This document shows positions 20,940 to 30,791 of a stretch of DNA of 64,000 nucleotides, in pieces. The stretch covers positions 35,764-99,763 of the forward strand of contig JBKAGE010000072.1 of the NCBI GenBank assembly GCA_046290225.1, read 5' to 3'. The number at the start of each line of letters is the position of its first letter. Position 1 is the stretch's first letter. The notes beneath the pieces were generated by a model. The model worked only from the letters and a program-made list of their open reading frames with translations, did no database searches and was not told where the DNA came from. Both the position numbers and the translations under genes were made by a program. The DNA is from Bradymonadia bacterium. Lineage in GTDB: Bacteria > Myxococcota_A > Bradymonadia > UBA7976 > UBA1532.

Positions 20940-23078
20940 ATGCACACCCCCACCCCACCGCCGTGGCTGTGGGTGGCCCTGAGCGCCACCGCCACCCTCG
21001 GCGCCCCGACCCTCTGGCCCGTCGACGCCGCAGCGCAGAAGCTGCCCGACATCGTCGCCGGCCCGGACCTCGCCAACTCCGCCTCCCCTGTCGAGGCCCC
21101 CATCGACGAGGTGGTGGTCTTCAGCGATCGGGCGCGGATCACGCGCCGGGGCATGCTCGCCCCGGGGAAGGGCATGCGCACCTTGCGGTTGCCCGATCTC
21201 CCCGGCGGCACGCAGCTCAACACGATCCGTCTCGAAGCCAGGGGCGCCCGCGTGCTCCGGCTGGAGGCGGCCCCCATCGAGCAGGATCAGGTGGCCATCG
21301 CCGAGGTCGAGACGCTGCTCAAGGACATCGAAGGCCTCGACGACCAGCTCGTGGGCCTGCGCATGGCAGAGCAAGTCCTCCTGGCGGAGGTGGCGCTGCT
21401 CGATCGACTCACGCCGATCCCCCCGACCAAAGAAGGGCAACCTGCTCAGGTGCCTTCGAAGGGGGCCATGAAGCGGGTCCTCGACTTCCTCGACGGGCGT
21501 CGCGCCTCTCTCGATGAGGGTCAGGCGAGCATCACGGTGCGCCGCCGCACGCTGTCGAAGACCCGCCAGGAGAAGGTGACGGCGCTGTCTCAATATGACG
21601 CCCGGGCCTTCACCGAGCAGCGCGTGCAGGTGACCGCCATCGTCGACATCACCGGCTCGGCGCCGAAGGTGGCCCTGGAGTACTTCGTCCCCGGCGCCAC
21701 CTGGCGCCCGGATTACGAGGTGGAGTTCGACCCTGCCCGTGGCCGCCTCACCCTCCGCACGGCAGGTCGAGTGCGGCAGAGCACTGGTGAAGACTGGCGC
21801 GGAGTGAAGATGGGCCTCTCCACGGCCATGCCCGGCGCCGGCATCGACGCCCCAGAGCTGCTCACCTGGACCCTCGGCGAGAGCCGTCAGTTCATCCCTC
21901 AACCCCGCGCCATGCCACAGCGCAGGATCAGCGTGCCTCTGCCCCCGCCGGCGCGGCCGCTGCGCCCTGTGGGCCAGCAGGCTCAGGAGCAGATCAGCGA
22001 TCTGCAACGCCGCATTCAGCAAACCCTCTCCGGCCAGGCCCTCACGTCGCGCCTGAGCAGTCTGGGGCAGAACCTCGGCGACATCAGCACCATCGTCTCC
22101 GCTGGAGAGTCCACGGGTTACGGGTATGGTCGTGGTGGCCTCGGTGTCAGAGGATCCGGCGCCGGAGGCGGGGGCCGAGCCACAAAAGCGACCCCCTCTC
22201 GGCCCAAGAAGCGGCCCGCGAGAGCCCGGCGGCCTGCGCCTCCGCCCCCGCCGCCCTCTCCCATGGCCGCGCCAGAGCCCAGCGCTGCGTATGCAGACGA
22301 TGTCGCCATGGCCGAGTCCGCCTCCGTTGACGCTGTCTCTCTCAGCGGAAGAGCTGCCTCAGCGGGCCCGCGGGTGCGGGCCACCCCCCTCGATCTCTTC
22401 GACAACGCCCGGAGCACCCGGCGACGGCTCAGCGATCCCAGCCTGCCCGCCGTGGCCGCTGGTGGCCTCGACTTCACCTGGGATGCCACCACCCGCGTCG
22501 TGGTGCCTTCGGGCCCCGACGAGCAGCAGGTACCCCTCGCGGCCTTCCAGGCCCCCATCACTCTGTATTACGAAGCGAGCCCCGGGGTGAGCACCACGGC
22601 CTACCTCAAGGGTGAGGTGGCCAATGGCACCGGAGATCCGCTCCTGGCGGGCCCGGTGCGCCTCTTCTCTGGGGGTGACTTCGTGGGCCGCGGCGACATC
22701 AACACCGTGGGCGAGGGCGGGCAGTTCCAGTTGCCCCTCGGCGCCGATCAGGACATCCAGATCGTCCGCACGGTGACCCCGAGCAGTCGTACTGAAGGCG
22801 TCTTCTCCAAGAGCGACGTCACCGTCTACACCACCAAGATCCAGGTGGCGAACTACAAGCGCCGGGCCATCGACATCCAGATCACTGATCAGATCCCCAA
22901 GTCGCTGCGGGAAGACATCAAGATCAAGAAGACCAAGGCCAGCCCCGAGGCTGCCGCTGGCCCCGACACCGACGGCATCATGCGCTTCGATCTGCGCCTG
23001 AAAGCCGGCGCCACGAAGACCATCGAGTTCACCTACACCATCGAGCGCCCCGCCGACTGGCGCTTGTGGCAGCAGTGA
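20940..23078 (+). CDS. DUF4139/MuiA-family (mucoidy inhibitor A-like) secreted protein
   Basis: Signal peptide. N-terminal VVVFSDRARITRRG and mid TGEDWRGVKMGLSTAMP are typical of the TIGR02231/DUF4140-DUF4139 architecture. Has a Pro/Ala-rich low-complexity insert. Confidence 0.65.
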   Translation: MHTPTPPPWLWVALSATATLGAPTLWPVDAAAQKLPDIVAGPDLANSASPVEAPIDEVVVFSDRARITRRGMLAPGKGMRTLRLPDLPGGTQLNTIRLEARGARVLRLEAAPIEQDQVAIAEVETLLKDIEGLDDQLVGLRMAEQVLLAEVALLDRLTPIPPTKEGQPAQVPSKGAMKRVLDFLDGRRASLDEGQASITVRRRTLSKTRQEKVTALSQYDARAFTEQRVQVTAIVDITGSAPKVALEYFVPGATWRPDYEVEFDPARGRLTLRTAGRVRQSTGEDWRGVKMGLSTAMPGAGIDAPELLTWTLGESRQFIPQPRAMPQRRISVPLPPPARPLRPVGQQAQEQISDLQRRIQQTLSGQALTSRLSSLGQNLGDISTIVSAGESTGYGYGRGGLGVRGSGAGGGGRATKATPSRPKKRPARARRPAPPPPPPSPMAAPEPSAAYADDVAMAESASVDAVSLSGRAASAGPRVRATPLDLFDNARSTRRRLSDPSLPAVAAGGLDFTWDATTRVVVPSGPDEQQVPLAAFQAPITLYYEASPGVSTTAYLKGEVANGTGDPLLAGPVRLFSGGDFVGRGDINTVGEGGQFQLPLGADQDIQIVRTVTPSSRTEGVFSKSDVTVYTTKIQVANYKRRAIDIQITDQIPKSLREDIKIKKTKASPEAAAGPDTDGIMRFDLRLKAGATKTIEFTYTIERPADWRLWQQ

Positions 23079-23088
23079 GGAGGCCCAC

Positions 23089-24717
23089 ATGAGACTCACC
23101 CGTATTCAGGGGATGACCTTCGGGCTGCTCCTCGGCGGCCTCGCCGCTCAAGCCCAGGGCGCACCCGCAGCATCGGAGACCCCGATCAAGAAGGTGCTCG
23201 TACTCTCGGACCGGGCCCAGGTGACCCGCGAGGCAAAGGTGCCATGTACAGATGGCGCCGCCACGGCCCGCTTCTTCCCGCTGCCGGCGACGGTGCAGCT
23301 CGAGAGCGTGCACGCCCAGGGCGCCGGGCAGACCCGAGCTGTGGGCACCGCTCAGCGACAGCGCACCCTCGACGAGGCCATCGATCCCCGAGCTGAGGCC
23401 CTCAAGACCGAGATCATCGCCCTCGATGACGAGATCATGGCCTTGAGCCGACAACTGCAGCGCCTCGACGCGCGGCACAACCTCTCGTCGCAATACAGTG
23501 ATCGCATCGTCGACGCCATCAACGGCCGCATGCTCGACCCCAACGGCAACTGGGATGTACCGGAGTGGGGCCGCAACCTCGATCAGCTCCAGGCGGAGCA
23601 CACAGGCCGTACTCAAGCCATCCTCGATGTGCAGCGCACTCTCAGGGAGAAGCAGCGCGTACTCGATCGCAAGCAGCAGGCCCTCGGCCGTCTGCAAAAC
23701 GGCGCGGGACGCACGGCCCTCGAGGTCGAGGTCAGCGCCAGCTGCAAGGGCCCCCAGGCCAGAGTGCAGCTCTCGTACATCGTCTCCGGTGCTCAGTGGA
23801 AGCCCGAGTATGATCTGCGCTTCGTGCCTCAGAGCAGCGGCTCGAGCAAGGGCACGGTAGAGCTGACGGTGGGCGCCATCATCCAGCAACGTACTGGAGA
23901 AGACTGGGAGGACGCTCAAATCATCCTCTCCAGCGCCCGGCCCCGCCTCGGCGGAGAAGCCCCCAAGCCTGCCCGCCTCAACGTGACGGGCAACAAGGGC
24001 AGCAAGGACAAGGTGCTGGTTCAGGCCCGCGAGCGGCGCGAGAAGCTCGACGCGGGTAACACCCCCACCGACGCGCCTTCCGGCGCCACGCTGGACGACA
24101 AGGGCCAGTCGGTGACCCTCACCCTGCCCCGCCGCATCAGCGTCGCCGCTGATGGCCGCCCTTACTGGGTCCCCGTCGACCTGCGAAAGACCAAGGGGGA
24201 GCAGTTCCTGAGCGTGATCCCCAAGCTGTCCCACCGCGTCTGGCGCAAGGTCCGCTTCAAGAACCCCGCGCCCTATCCGCTCATGGCGGGCCTGACCCAC
24301 GTGTTCCGTGGCGGCGACTACGTAGGCGACACCTCTATCCGCCATCGAGGCCCTGGCGCCCCCATCGAGGTGGCGCTGGGTGTTGACGAGGGCTTCAAGG
24401 TAGAGCGCAAGGCGGCGAACGAGCAGACCCGCAAGCCGGGCATGTTCCAGAGCGCCAAGAAGATGGAGCGCGCCTACGAGATCATCATCGAGCGCAAGGC
24501 CCGAGGCTCGGCAAAGCTGGAGATCACCGAGAACCTGCCGCTGAGCCGAGTGGACAAGGTGAAGGTGGATCTCGACAAGAAGGGCACGACGCCGGGTTAC
24601 TCGATCGACAAGGATCGCGGCTTCATCACGTGGCCTCTCAAGCTGAAGGCCAACGAGAAGGAGACGATCTCGCTGAGCTACACGATCCGCCTCCCCGACG
24701 ACTGGAAGGTACAGTAG
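23089..24717 (+). CDS. DUF4139/MuiA-family secreted protein (paralogue of upstream gene)
   Basis: Signal peptide. VLVLSDRAQVTREAKV and TGEDWEDAQIILSSARP. Same architecture as 20940..23078, 10 nt downstream. Confidence 0.65.
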   Translation: MRLTRIQGMTFGLLLGGLAAQAQGAPAASETPIKKVLVLSDRAQVTREAKVPCTDGAATARFFPLPATVQLESVHAQGAGQTRAVGTAQRQRTLDEAIDPRAEALKTEIIALDDEIMALSRQLQRLDARHNLSSQYSDRIVDAINGRMLDPNGNWDVPEWGRNLDQLQAEHTGRTQAILDVQRTLREKQRVLDRKQQALGRLQNGAGRTALEVEVSASCKGPQARVQLSYIVSGAQWKPEYDLRFVPQSSGSSKGTVELTVGAIIQQRTGEDWEDAQIILSSARPRLGGEAPKPARLNVTGNKGSKDKVLVQARERREKLDAGNTPTDAPSGATLDDKGQSVTLTLPRRISVAADGRPYWVPVDLRKTKGEQFLSVIPKLSHRVWRKVRFKNPAPYPLMAGLTHVFRGGDYVGDTSIRHRGPGAPIEVALGVDEGFKVERKAANEQTRKPGMFQSAKKMERAYEIIIERKARGSAKLEITENLPLSRVDKVKVDLDKKGTTPGYSIDKDRGFITWPLKLKANEKETISLSYTIRLPDDWKVQ

Positions 24718-24855
24718 CTCCGACGCTCCGGCGGCGTCAGCCGTCGTGAGCGCGGCGATTTCACGCACAGCTGCGGCGGGCAAATGCTCGACGCAGCGCT
24801 GCTGCGCCTGCGCTTTCCCCACCACAGCTGCACGCGAACTCACCACGCTCACGAC

Positions 24856-25005
24856 GACTGCCGCCACCTCCGCGTCTCCGCGGGGCACGTGCACAGGTGG
24901 GTTATGGCTTTGTTGGGCTCTTTGGGACTTCTGACTGCCGCCACCTCCGCGCCTCCGCGGGGCACGCGCATGGGTGGGTTATGGCTTTGTTGGATTGGAG
25001 TGGGG
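24856..25005. repeat. ~77-bp direct duplication
   Basis: GACTGCCGCCACCTCCGCG(T/C)CTCCGCGGGGCACG(T/C)GCA...GGTGGGTTATGGCTTTGTTGG occurs twice in tandem, at 24856-24932 and 24933-~25005. Confidence 0.7.
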
Positions 25006-26502
25006 CTGTTGGGGTTGACGGCTTGTTTTGATGGCATATGAGGGTGACTTGCGAGATGTGGTCGGTATGGCTCCCTGCCATTTCAGGGTTATCGTGTCTC
25101 TTACATTTACTCACACCGACAATACATACAAAAAATGCCTTCGATCACTGGCACTTACAAAAAAGTCGACAAAATGTCACATAAGGGCTTGATCACTGCT
25201 GACGAGGTGACTAACAATTCTCTTCGTAGGGTTGAGGTTGGCTCTACGGAACACCACCTCCCTTCAGAAACACCAAACAATTTGCACTGATACTCCTAGG
25301 AGAATTGGCGTGTCTTGTTCTGGTGCATGTGCATGTAACCTGTAGGGTGTTGTGGCTGACTCACATCAACCGTGGCACACATGCAATGCATGTATATTTG
25401 ATGGGATTCGAGCGTACACACACCAAAACTGCAGACCTCGTGTTGGCAAGATGGAGTGAAAGAAACAACCGGCTCTTGGACCAGGACCTCGCGTCTTGTG
25501 CTCAGGTTCATCGTTTCTTGTACGTAGACAGCCTTATTTGCTCAATGACAGGTGCTTGCACCTGTACCCTTCTCAAGGGTGTGGATTGATGCCCTCTGTG
25601 GGGCCGCATTTCAGTCCTTTCGGGGATTGGCTACAGAACTCATCCAATGGGCCATGTAGGCGGTGCTGCTTGGACACAGACAGACCTGAAGGCATGAGCA
25701 GGTAAGTGGTGGATGGTGGATACGATGGTTGGGTTTACCCAGTTGACGTACTGCCAGTCAGGCCTGAGTTCAGGCCATGAGCGCACATGATGGCGAACGC
25801 TCCACATATGTGAGGTGGGTCGCCATGATGGGCATGAGAGCACACATGCATACAGAAACATTCTGCTTTCGGGTGGATGAGTATGTATGCACATATGTCT
25901 CTGACATCGGTTCGCACGTGAGGTCGAAGGTCCCCCTTCAACCAAACTGGCGAGTACATTGATGACAGAGTCGAGGAGAGAACGACACGGAGAGAGGCGT
26001 CTTGGGTCAGAATACGTGCACATAGATGGCGAATAGACATCGTGCGCCCTGACCTTTGCCGAGCGTGTATTGACTCATCTCAGGTTCGACCTGTCGAGTT
26101 TGAGAGTTGAAGCACTCGTCAATGCTGCACATTCGACCCCGAGCAGATGTATTCCATATATCGGTTTGATGGTTCGTGTGGCACTGATGGCTTCAGGGTT
26201 CATCACACTCATTGGCCCGAAGGTGCCTTGTAAAACTGTTTGATTCAGAGACGCGAACGCGTACTGCACGTGCCGGCTTCAAGCCATGCACCTGTGCCCA
26301 CCTTTCGGGGTGCGGTGTGGGGCGACGGTGAGGGCAGGTATGGTCTGGCGTCGATGTCTGGCTCTTCACGGAGAAAGGCAGCGGCGGTCACCCATGACCA
26401 GCAGCATGCATTCAGGCGCTTTGGAGAGGTTTTACGAGGATGTAAGGTCAGAGAGCTGTGGTGCCAGGCGACTGGGGTTGCCACACGAGACGGTCGTGAT
26501 GC

Positions 26503-26590
26503 GAGACAGAAACACCTCGAGACAGAAACACCTCGAGACAGAAACACCTCGAGACAGAAACACCTCGAGACAGAAACACCCTGAGACAGG
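26503..26590. repeat. tandem repeat, 16-bp unit x ~5.5
   Basis: GAGACAGAAACACCTC repeated contiguously. No unique spacers, so it is not CRISPR-like. Confidence 0.9.
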
Positions 26591-26663
26591 AGCACCGCGG
26601 GACAGTCAGCTGAAGGGCTTGCCTTGATGATGACAGTTTCGACACAGCCCCTGCCTTGAGAGA

Positions 26664-26745
26664 GTGACTGCCTCGAAAAAGTGACTGCCTCGAAAAAGTG
26701 ACTGCCTCAAAAAAGTGACTGCCTCAAAAAAGTGACTGCCTTGAG
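26664..26745. repeat. tandem repeat, 17-bp unit x ~4.5
   Basis: GTGACTGCCTC(G/A)AAAAA repeated. Flanked on both sides by GCCTTGAGAGAG(T/C)GACTG. Confidence 0.9.
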
Positions 26746-27515
26746 AGAGCGACTGACCCTCGAGTGTGCAATTGACTGAGACATGACACATTCGGAATGC
26801 ACGATCAGCGACGACAGGCAACCTTGCCAGGCACATCGTCAGATGTGCACCCAAGCCCAGTCGAGGCCGAGCGCACTGCAGCAATGCAGCGCCATCAGTC
26901 GCCCCTGAGCGAGAGTGTACGACTGATGTCTGGTGACAGTCCGGAGCCGCTGATAGCAGAGACGGCGTGAAAGCGCTGTTCAGCTGGCCCCTCCTCGGAG
27001 GTGACCAGTCTTCTGTCACGGAGCCGGCGCGGTGGCCTTCCCTTTCAGGGCCGGCCGCTGAAACGGTGCCTGCGCAGAGTGCGACGTTTCTCGAAGACCA
27101 CGCGACGGCGTGGGCAACTCGACGGACAGACGACCCGAGGCTTCGGTTTTGGGCAGACGGTCTAGAGAGCGCCTCGCCATACACATACAGCCCTGCTTTC
27201 GGGTGTGGCGGTGTGTTGTGCTGGTCGACATTCAGAACGCTGAGGCGTGTTTGCAGGGTACCATGCGGCACACTTTGGCAACTCTGACGTGACTGTTCTT
27301 CTGCACTGTACTTTCACGGGGCGCCTTCGGGCCTCTGTAGGGTGCGGTGCCTTCGAGTGCTCATCCTGAGAATGGGTGTGTTTGCCTTTGGGCCAGATGC
27401 ATCGATTCGAGGGCCTGCCAGCGTTGATGGCTCTCTCTGGTTTGATGTTCCGCCAACCTCAGCCCGTTTTTTCTTTCTCTACCCCCCTTTGCCTTTGCGT
27501 GTCGCTTGAGCCATC

Positions 27516-28823
27516 GTGTCGCTCACGATGACATCACCATCACTCCACATCGCAGTTCTGGGTGCCGGCTTTGCCGGATGTGCAACCGCCATTCATCTGG
27601 GCGCACTGGGCCACCGCGTCACCTTGATCGAACGCGTGCCCGAGCCTGCCCCCGTGGGCGCCGGCATCATCGTGCAACCCACGGGCATGCATGCCCTGAG
27701 CACCATGAGCGCGCTCAGCGAGGTGCTTCGTCTCGGAGAACCCCTCACCGCTTTGTGGTGTCAAGGGCATCGCGGCCAGGCGATCCTCGATTTGCCCTAT
27801 GCGCACCTGCATCCCGAGCTCTTTGGTTTGGGTTTGCACCGTGGTGCTCTCTTCGAAGTGCTCTTTGATCGGGCCCGCGCGCTCTCTGAGCGTGTGTGCT
27901 GCGGTCTGGAGGTCAGCAGGCTGCGCCCTGCGGACATTGGCGGCTCTCCTCGGTGGCACCTCGAAGACAAGGCTGGTCGTCGCTTGCCTGATCCCGACAC
28001 GCCAGCCTTCGATCTCGTCGTGGTGGCCACGGGGGGCAGCACCCTGCTCGAAGGCGGACCTCGCCTCAAACGCTCCGTGAAGGTGTACCCCTGGGGAGCG
28101 CTCTGGGCGGTGTTGCCTGATCCAGGTGGGCCTCACCTCCCTGCTGAAGGCGGACGCCTGTTCCAGGTGGCCCGGGGCACTCACACGCTGTTCGGGCTGT
28201 TGCCCAGTGGGGCCTTGTCGGGTGCGCCATCAAAGAAGACCGTCAGCCTGTTCTGGAGCCTGCCCCTCGATGCATATGATGGCTGGCGCACCCGCGGGCT
28301 GGCGGACTGGCGTCAACGCGTCTTGTCGTTGTGCCCGGAGTCCGAGCCCGTCATCGACCTCATCGAATCACCTGAGCAGTTGCTCCTGGCCCGTTACCGC
28401 GATGTGCGCATGAAGCCCTGGGGGCGAGATGGCGTGCTCTACATCGGCGACGCCGCCCACGCCACCAGCCCCCAGTTGGGCCAGGGCACCAACCTCGCCC
28501 TCATGGACGCAGTGGCCCTCGGTACGGCGATGGCGTCACTCACCGATGCCGACGCTCTCCCCGCTGTGCTCGCACACTATCATCAGCTGCGGCGTGCCCA
28601 CCTGCGCTGGTATCAGCGGGCCACACGATGGCTCACGCCGCTGTTTCAGTCGAACCTGCGCCCCATTGGCCCACTGCGAGATCTCGCTCTCGGCCTCGGT
28701 GGTCGGATCCCGTACATCCGCCGTCAGATGCTGGCCACGATGTCAGGGGTGAAGCTCGGTACCCTGTGGCCGAGCATCCCCCTGAAACCCATCGTGAAAT
28801 CCATCACGCATGATAAGTCTTGA
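27516..28823 (+). CDS. FAD-dependent monooxygenase (UbiH/salicylate-hydroxylase-like)
   Basis: N-terminal dinucleotide fold IAVLGAGFAGCATA. Second FAD site YIGDAAHATSPQLGQGTNLALMDA. Confidence 0.8.
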   Translation: MSLTMTSPSLHIAVLGAGFAGCATAIHLGALGHRVTLIERVPEPAPVGAGIIVQPTGMHALSTMSALSEVLRLGEPLTALWCQGHRGQAILDLPYAHLHPELFGLGLHRGALFEVLFDRARALSERVCCGLEVSRLRPADIGGSPRWHLEDKAGRRLPDPDTPAFDLVVVATGGSTLLEGGPRLKRSVKVYPWGALWAVLPDPGGPHLPAEGGRLFQVARGTHTLFGLLPSGALSGAPSKKTVSLFWSLPLDAYDGWRTRGLADWRQRVLSLCPESEPVIDLIESPEQLLLARYRDVRMKPWGRDGVLYIGDAAHATSPQLGQGTNLALMDAVALGTAMASLTDADALPAVLAHYHQLRRAHLRWYQRATRWLTPLFQSNLRPIGPLRDLALGLGGRIPYIRRQMLATMSGVKLGTLWPSIPLKPIVKSITHDKS

Positions 28824-28855
28824 TTTGGAGGCGGGCTCCATGATGTGAAAGAGGG

Positions 28856-28978
28856 GTGAAGCTCTTCGCACCACCGCTGCCCAGCGAGGTCCGTACCCGG
28901 CCCCGCGCCCTCGTCTCCATCATGGTGGTGGCCTTTGTGCTGCTCCCGCCTGTGATCTCGGCCCTCGCCCGGGCCTGA
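28856..28978 (+). CDS. possible 40-aa membrane micropeptide
   Basis: GTG at 28856 follows AAAGAGGGG. Encodes MKLFAPPLPSEVRTRPRALVSIMVVAFVLLPPVISALARA with one TM helix. Speculative. Confidence 0.2.
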   Translation: MKLFAPPLPSEVRTRPRALVSIMVVAFVLLPPVISALARA

Positions 28979-28989
28979 GACGGCAATAG

Positions 28990-29892
28990 CTACTCGAACA
29001 GCTCTGGGTCTTCTCTGCTCGGTGTCTCGTGCGTCGCCTCTCGAGGGGTGAGCTCTCCCGTGACCATCTGTACGGGGATCGGCGCCGTGGCTTGACCCGC
29101 GTAGAGGCTCATGTGAGGCAGCGGGATCTCGATGTCGTGCTCGTCGAAGGCCTGCTTGATGGCGATGAACATCTCGCTCTTGGTCCCGAGGTGGTTCCCT
29201 GTGGCCACCCAGAACGAAAACCGCAGATCGATCGACGAAGTACCAAAGGCCAGGGGCACACACTGAGGCGCCGGCTCCTCGAGACAGGACGGGTGCGCAT
29301 CGGCGACAGACATCAGCACCGCCACCACACGCTCAAGATCTTCTTTGTAAGCGACGCGCAGGACGAGATCTGCTCGACGGATCGGAAACCGCGTGAGGTT
29401 GGTGAGCTGGCTCTTGATGAGGGTCTCGTTGGGCACCCGCACCATCAGGTTGTCGAAGGTGCGCAGTTTCACAGCCATCAAGTCGATGGACACCACCTCG
29501 CCTTTGGTGTTGCCCACCTCGATGACGTCACCCACCACGAAGGGGCGCTCAGCCACGAGGAACAAGCCGCTGATCAGGTTGGAGGTGGAGGTCTGGGCAG
29601 CGAAGCCCACGGCGACGGTGAGCAGACCCGCGGCACCGAGGAGCACGCCGAGGTTGAAGCCCCAGGCGTTCAAGGCCGCCCCGAACAAGATGAAGAACAT
29701 CACATACTGCACCCCCCGTCGGGCGATCATCGCCGACTGAGGGCTGCCGTGTCGCTCGGCGATGTTGGCGGCGCTTCGGGCGGCCCACCGGGCCACGGGC
29801 CAGCCGAGGACCAGGATCAAGAGCCCCTGCAGCAGGCTCATGAGCCGATCGCCGGTGAGCCAGGCGCTGACGGCGTCGATCATTTGTCCCAT
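28990..29892 (-). CDS. mechanosensitive ion channel, MscS family
   Basis: ATG at 29892 lies 5 nt after GGAGG and 1 nt after the upstream gene's stop. Pore-helix region GAALNAWGFNLGVLLGAAGLLTVAVGFAAQ, then a beta-domain. The ORF tracker GTG at 29904 is less likely. Confidence 0.8.
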   Translation of the reverse strand: MGQMIDAVSAWLTGDRLMSLLQGLLILVLGWPVARWAARSAANIAERHGSPQSAMIARRGVQYVMFFILFGAALNAWGFNLGVLLGAAGLLTVAVGFAAQTSTSNLISGLFLVAERPFVVGDVIEVGNTKGEVVSIDLMAVKLRTFDNLMVRVPNETLIKSQLTNLTRFPIRRADLVLRVAYKEDLERVVAVLMSVADAHPSCLEEPAPQCVPLAFGTSSIDLRFSFWVATGNHLGTKSEMFIAIKQAFDEHDIEIPLPHMSLYAGQATAPIPVQMVTGELTPREATHETPSREDPELFE

Positions 29893-29893
29893 C

Positions 29894-30718
29894 TCAGCCT
29901 CCACTCCGCCGCAGCCGGCTGAACATGCGGAAGATCAACGGATCGGTCACCGGCAGCCGCCGCTCGCCGATCTTCACCCCATCAGTGATGGTCGGTGGCG
30001 CCCCAGGGATGATGCGCACCGGCAAGGGCTCGGTGCCCCCGGCCCACTCTGCCTGTACGGACTCGGTCCACAGCCCTCCGGCATCTCGATACATGGCCAG
30101 GTGATCGGTGGGCAGACTCAAACGCTCCACGGTGAGGCCATCTGAGTGTCGGTTGTGGATGATGACTTCGGTGGCCACCCGATAACGCAGGCCCAGCAAG
30201 GCCTCGACCCGCATGCGCGCCGCCGTGCGCCCGGCATAGCACAGCACGCCCTCTCGAAAATTGGGGCCGAACCACGTGTCCGAGGGGCGGTAGGTGGGCA
30301 GCTCCATGATCTGCACCCCACCGATGTGCACACCACACCACATGGGGGTGGTGACATAGATGATCGCCTTGCCCTCGGGCGGCACCCACAGGGGCTCGTC
30401 CGGGCGGACCACGACAGGCCGATCGGCCAGCATGGGGGTGATCTGCACCTCGTCGATGTCGGTGGCGGCGAAGCGGCTGGCGTGGAAGCCGTCAGGGGGT
30501 GGCTCGAGGGTGGAAGTGTCATGCACCGCGCACGACCAGACCTTCGCTGTGGGATCTTTGTCGCTCCACCACACCACGCGCCAGTCATCGGGGCGATGGG
30601 TCAGCTCCAGAGTGAGCGGGCCCAAGTGCCATCGGATGGTCTGGCCTTGTTCGATGCTGTGGGGCTCGAGTGGATCGAGGGTGTCGTGCATGGGCACCTG
30701 CTCAATGGCTGAGAGCAC
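29894..30718 (-). CDS. hypothetical protein (co-transcribed with MVP-like gene and MscS)
   Basis: 274 aa, no signal peptide. Codon usage is consistent with neighbours. Stop 1 nt before the MscS ATG. No recognisable motif. Confidence 0.5.
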   Translation of the reverse strand: MLSAIEQVPMHDTLDPLEPHSIEQGQTIRWHLGPLTLELTHRPDDWRVVWWSDKDPTAKVWSCAVHDTSTLEPPPDGFHASRFAATDIDEVQITPMLADRPVVVRPDEPLWVPPEGKAIIYVTTPMWCGVHIGGVQIMELPTYRPSDTWFGPNFREGVLCYAGRTAARMRVEALLGLRYRVATEVIIHNRHSDGLTVERLSLPTDHLAMYRDAGGLWTESVQAEWAGGTEPLPVRIIPGAPPTITDGVKIGERRLPVTDPLIFRMFSRLRRSGG

Positions 30719-30791
30719 GCGACAGCTCAGCGCTGAAGCTCAGATGAGACAGTGGCACACCCTCACCCCCTCGGCCAGATGCCCCACGACC

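Noticed and set aside
26503-26745. Possible CRISPR array
   Set aside because: Both arrays are contiguous tandem repeats of 16-17 bp with no unique spacers. No cas genes nearby.
25640-27271. Short ORFs (127 aa and 221 aa) in the low-GC island
   Set aside because: No RBS, no domain, Cys/His/Arg-rich odd composition, and codon usage unlike flanking genes. Treated as non-coding, though pseudogene remnants cannot be excluded.
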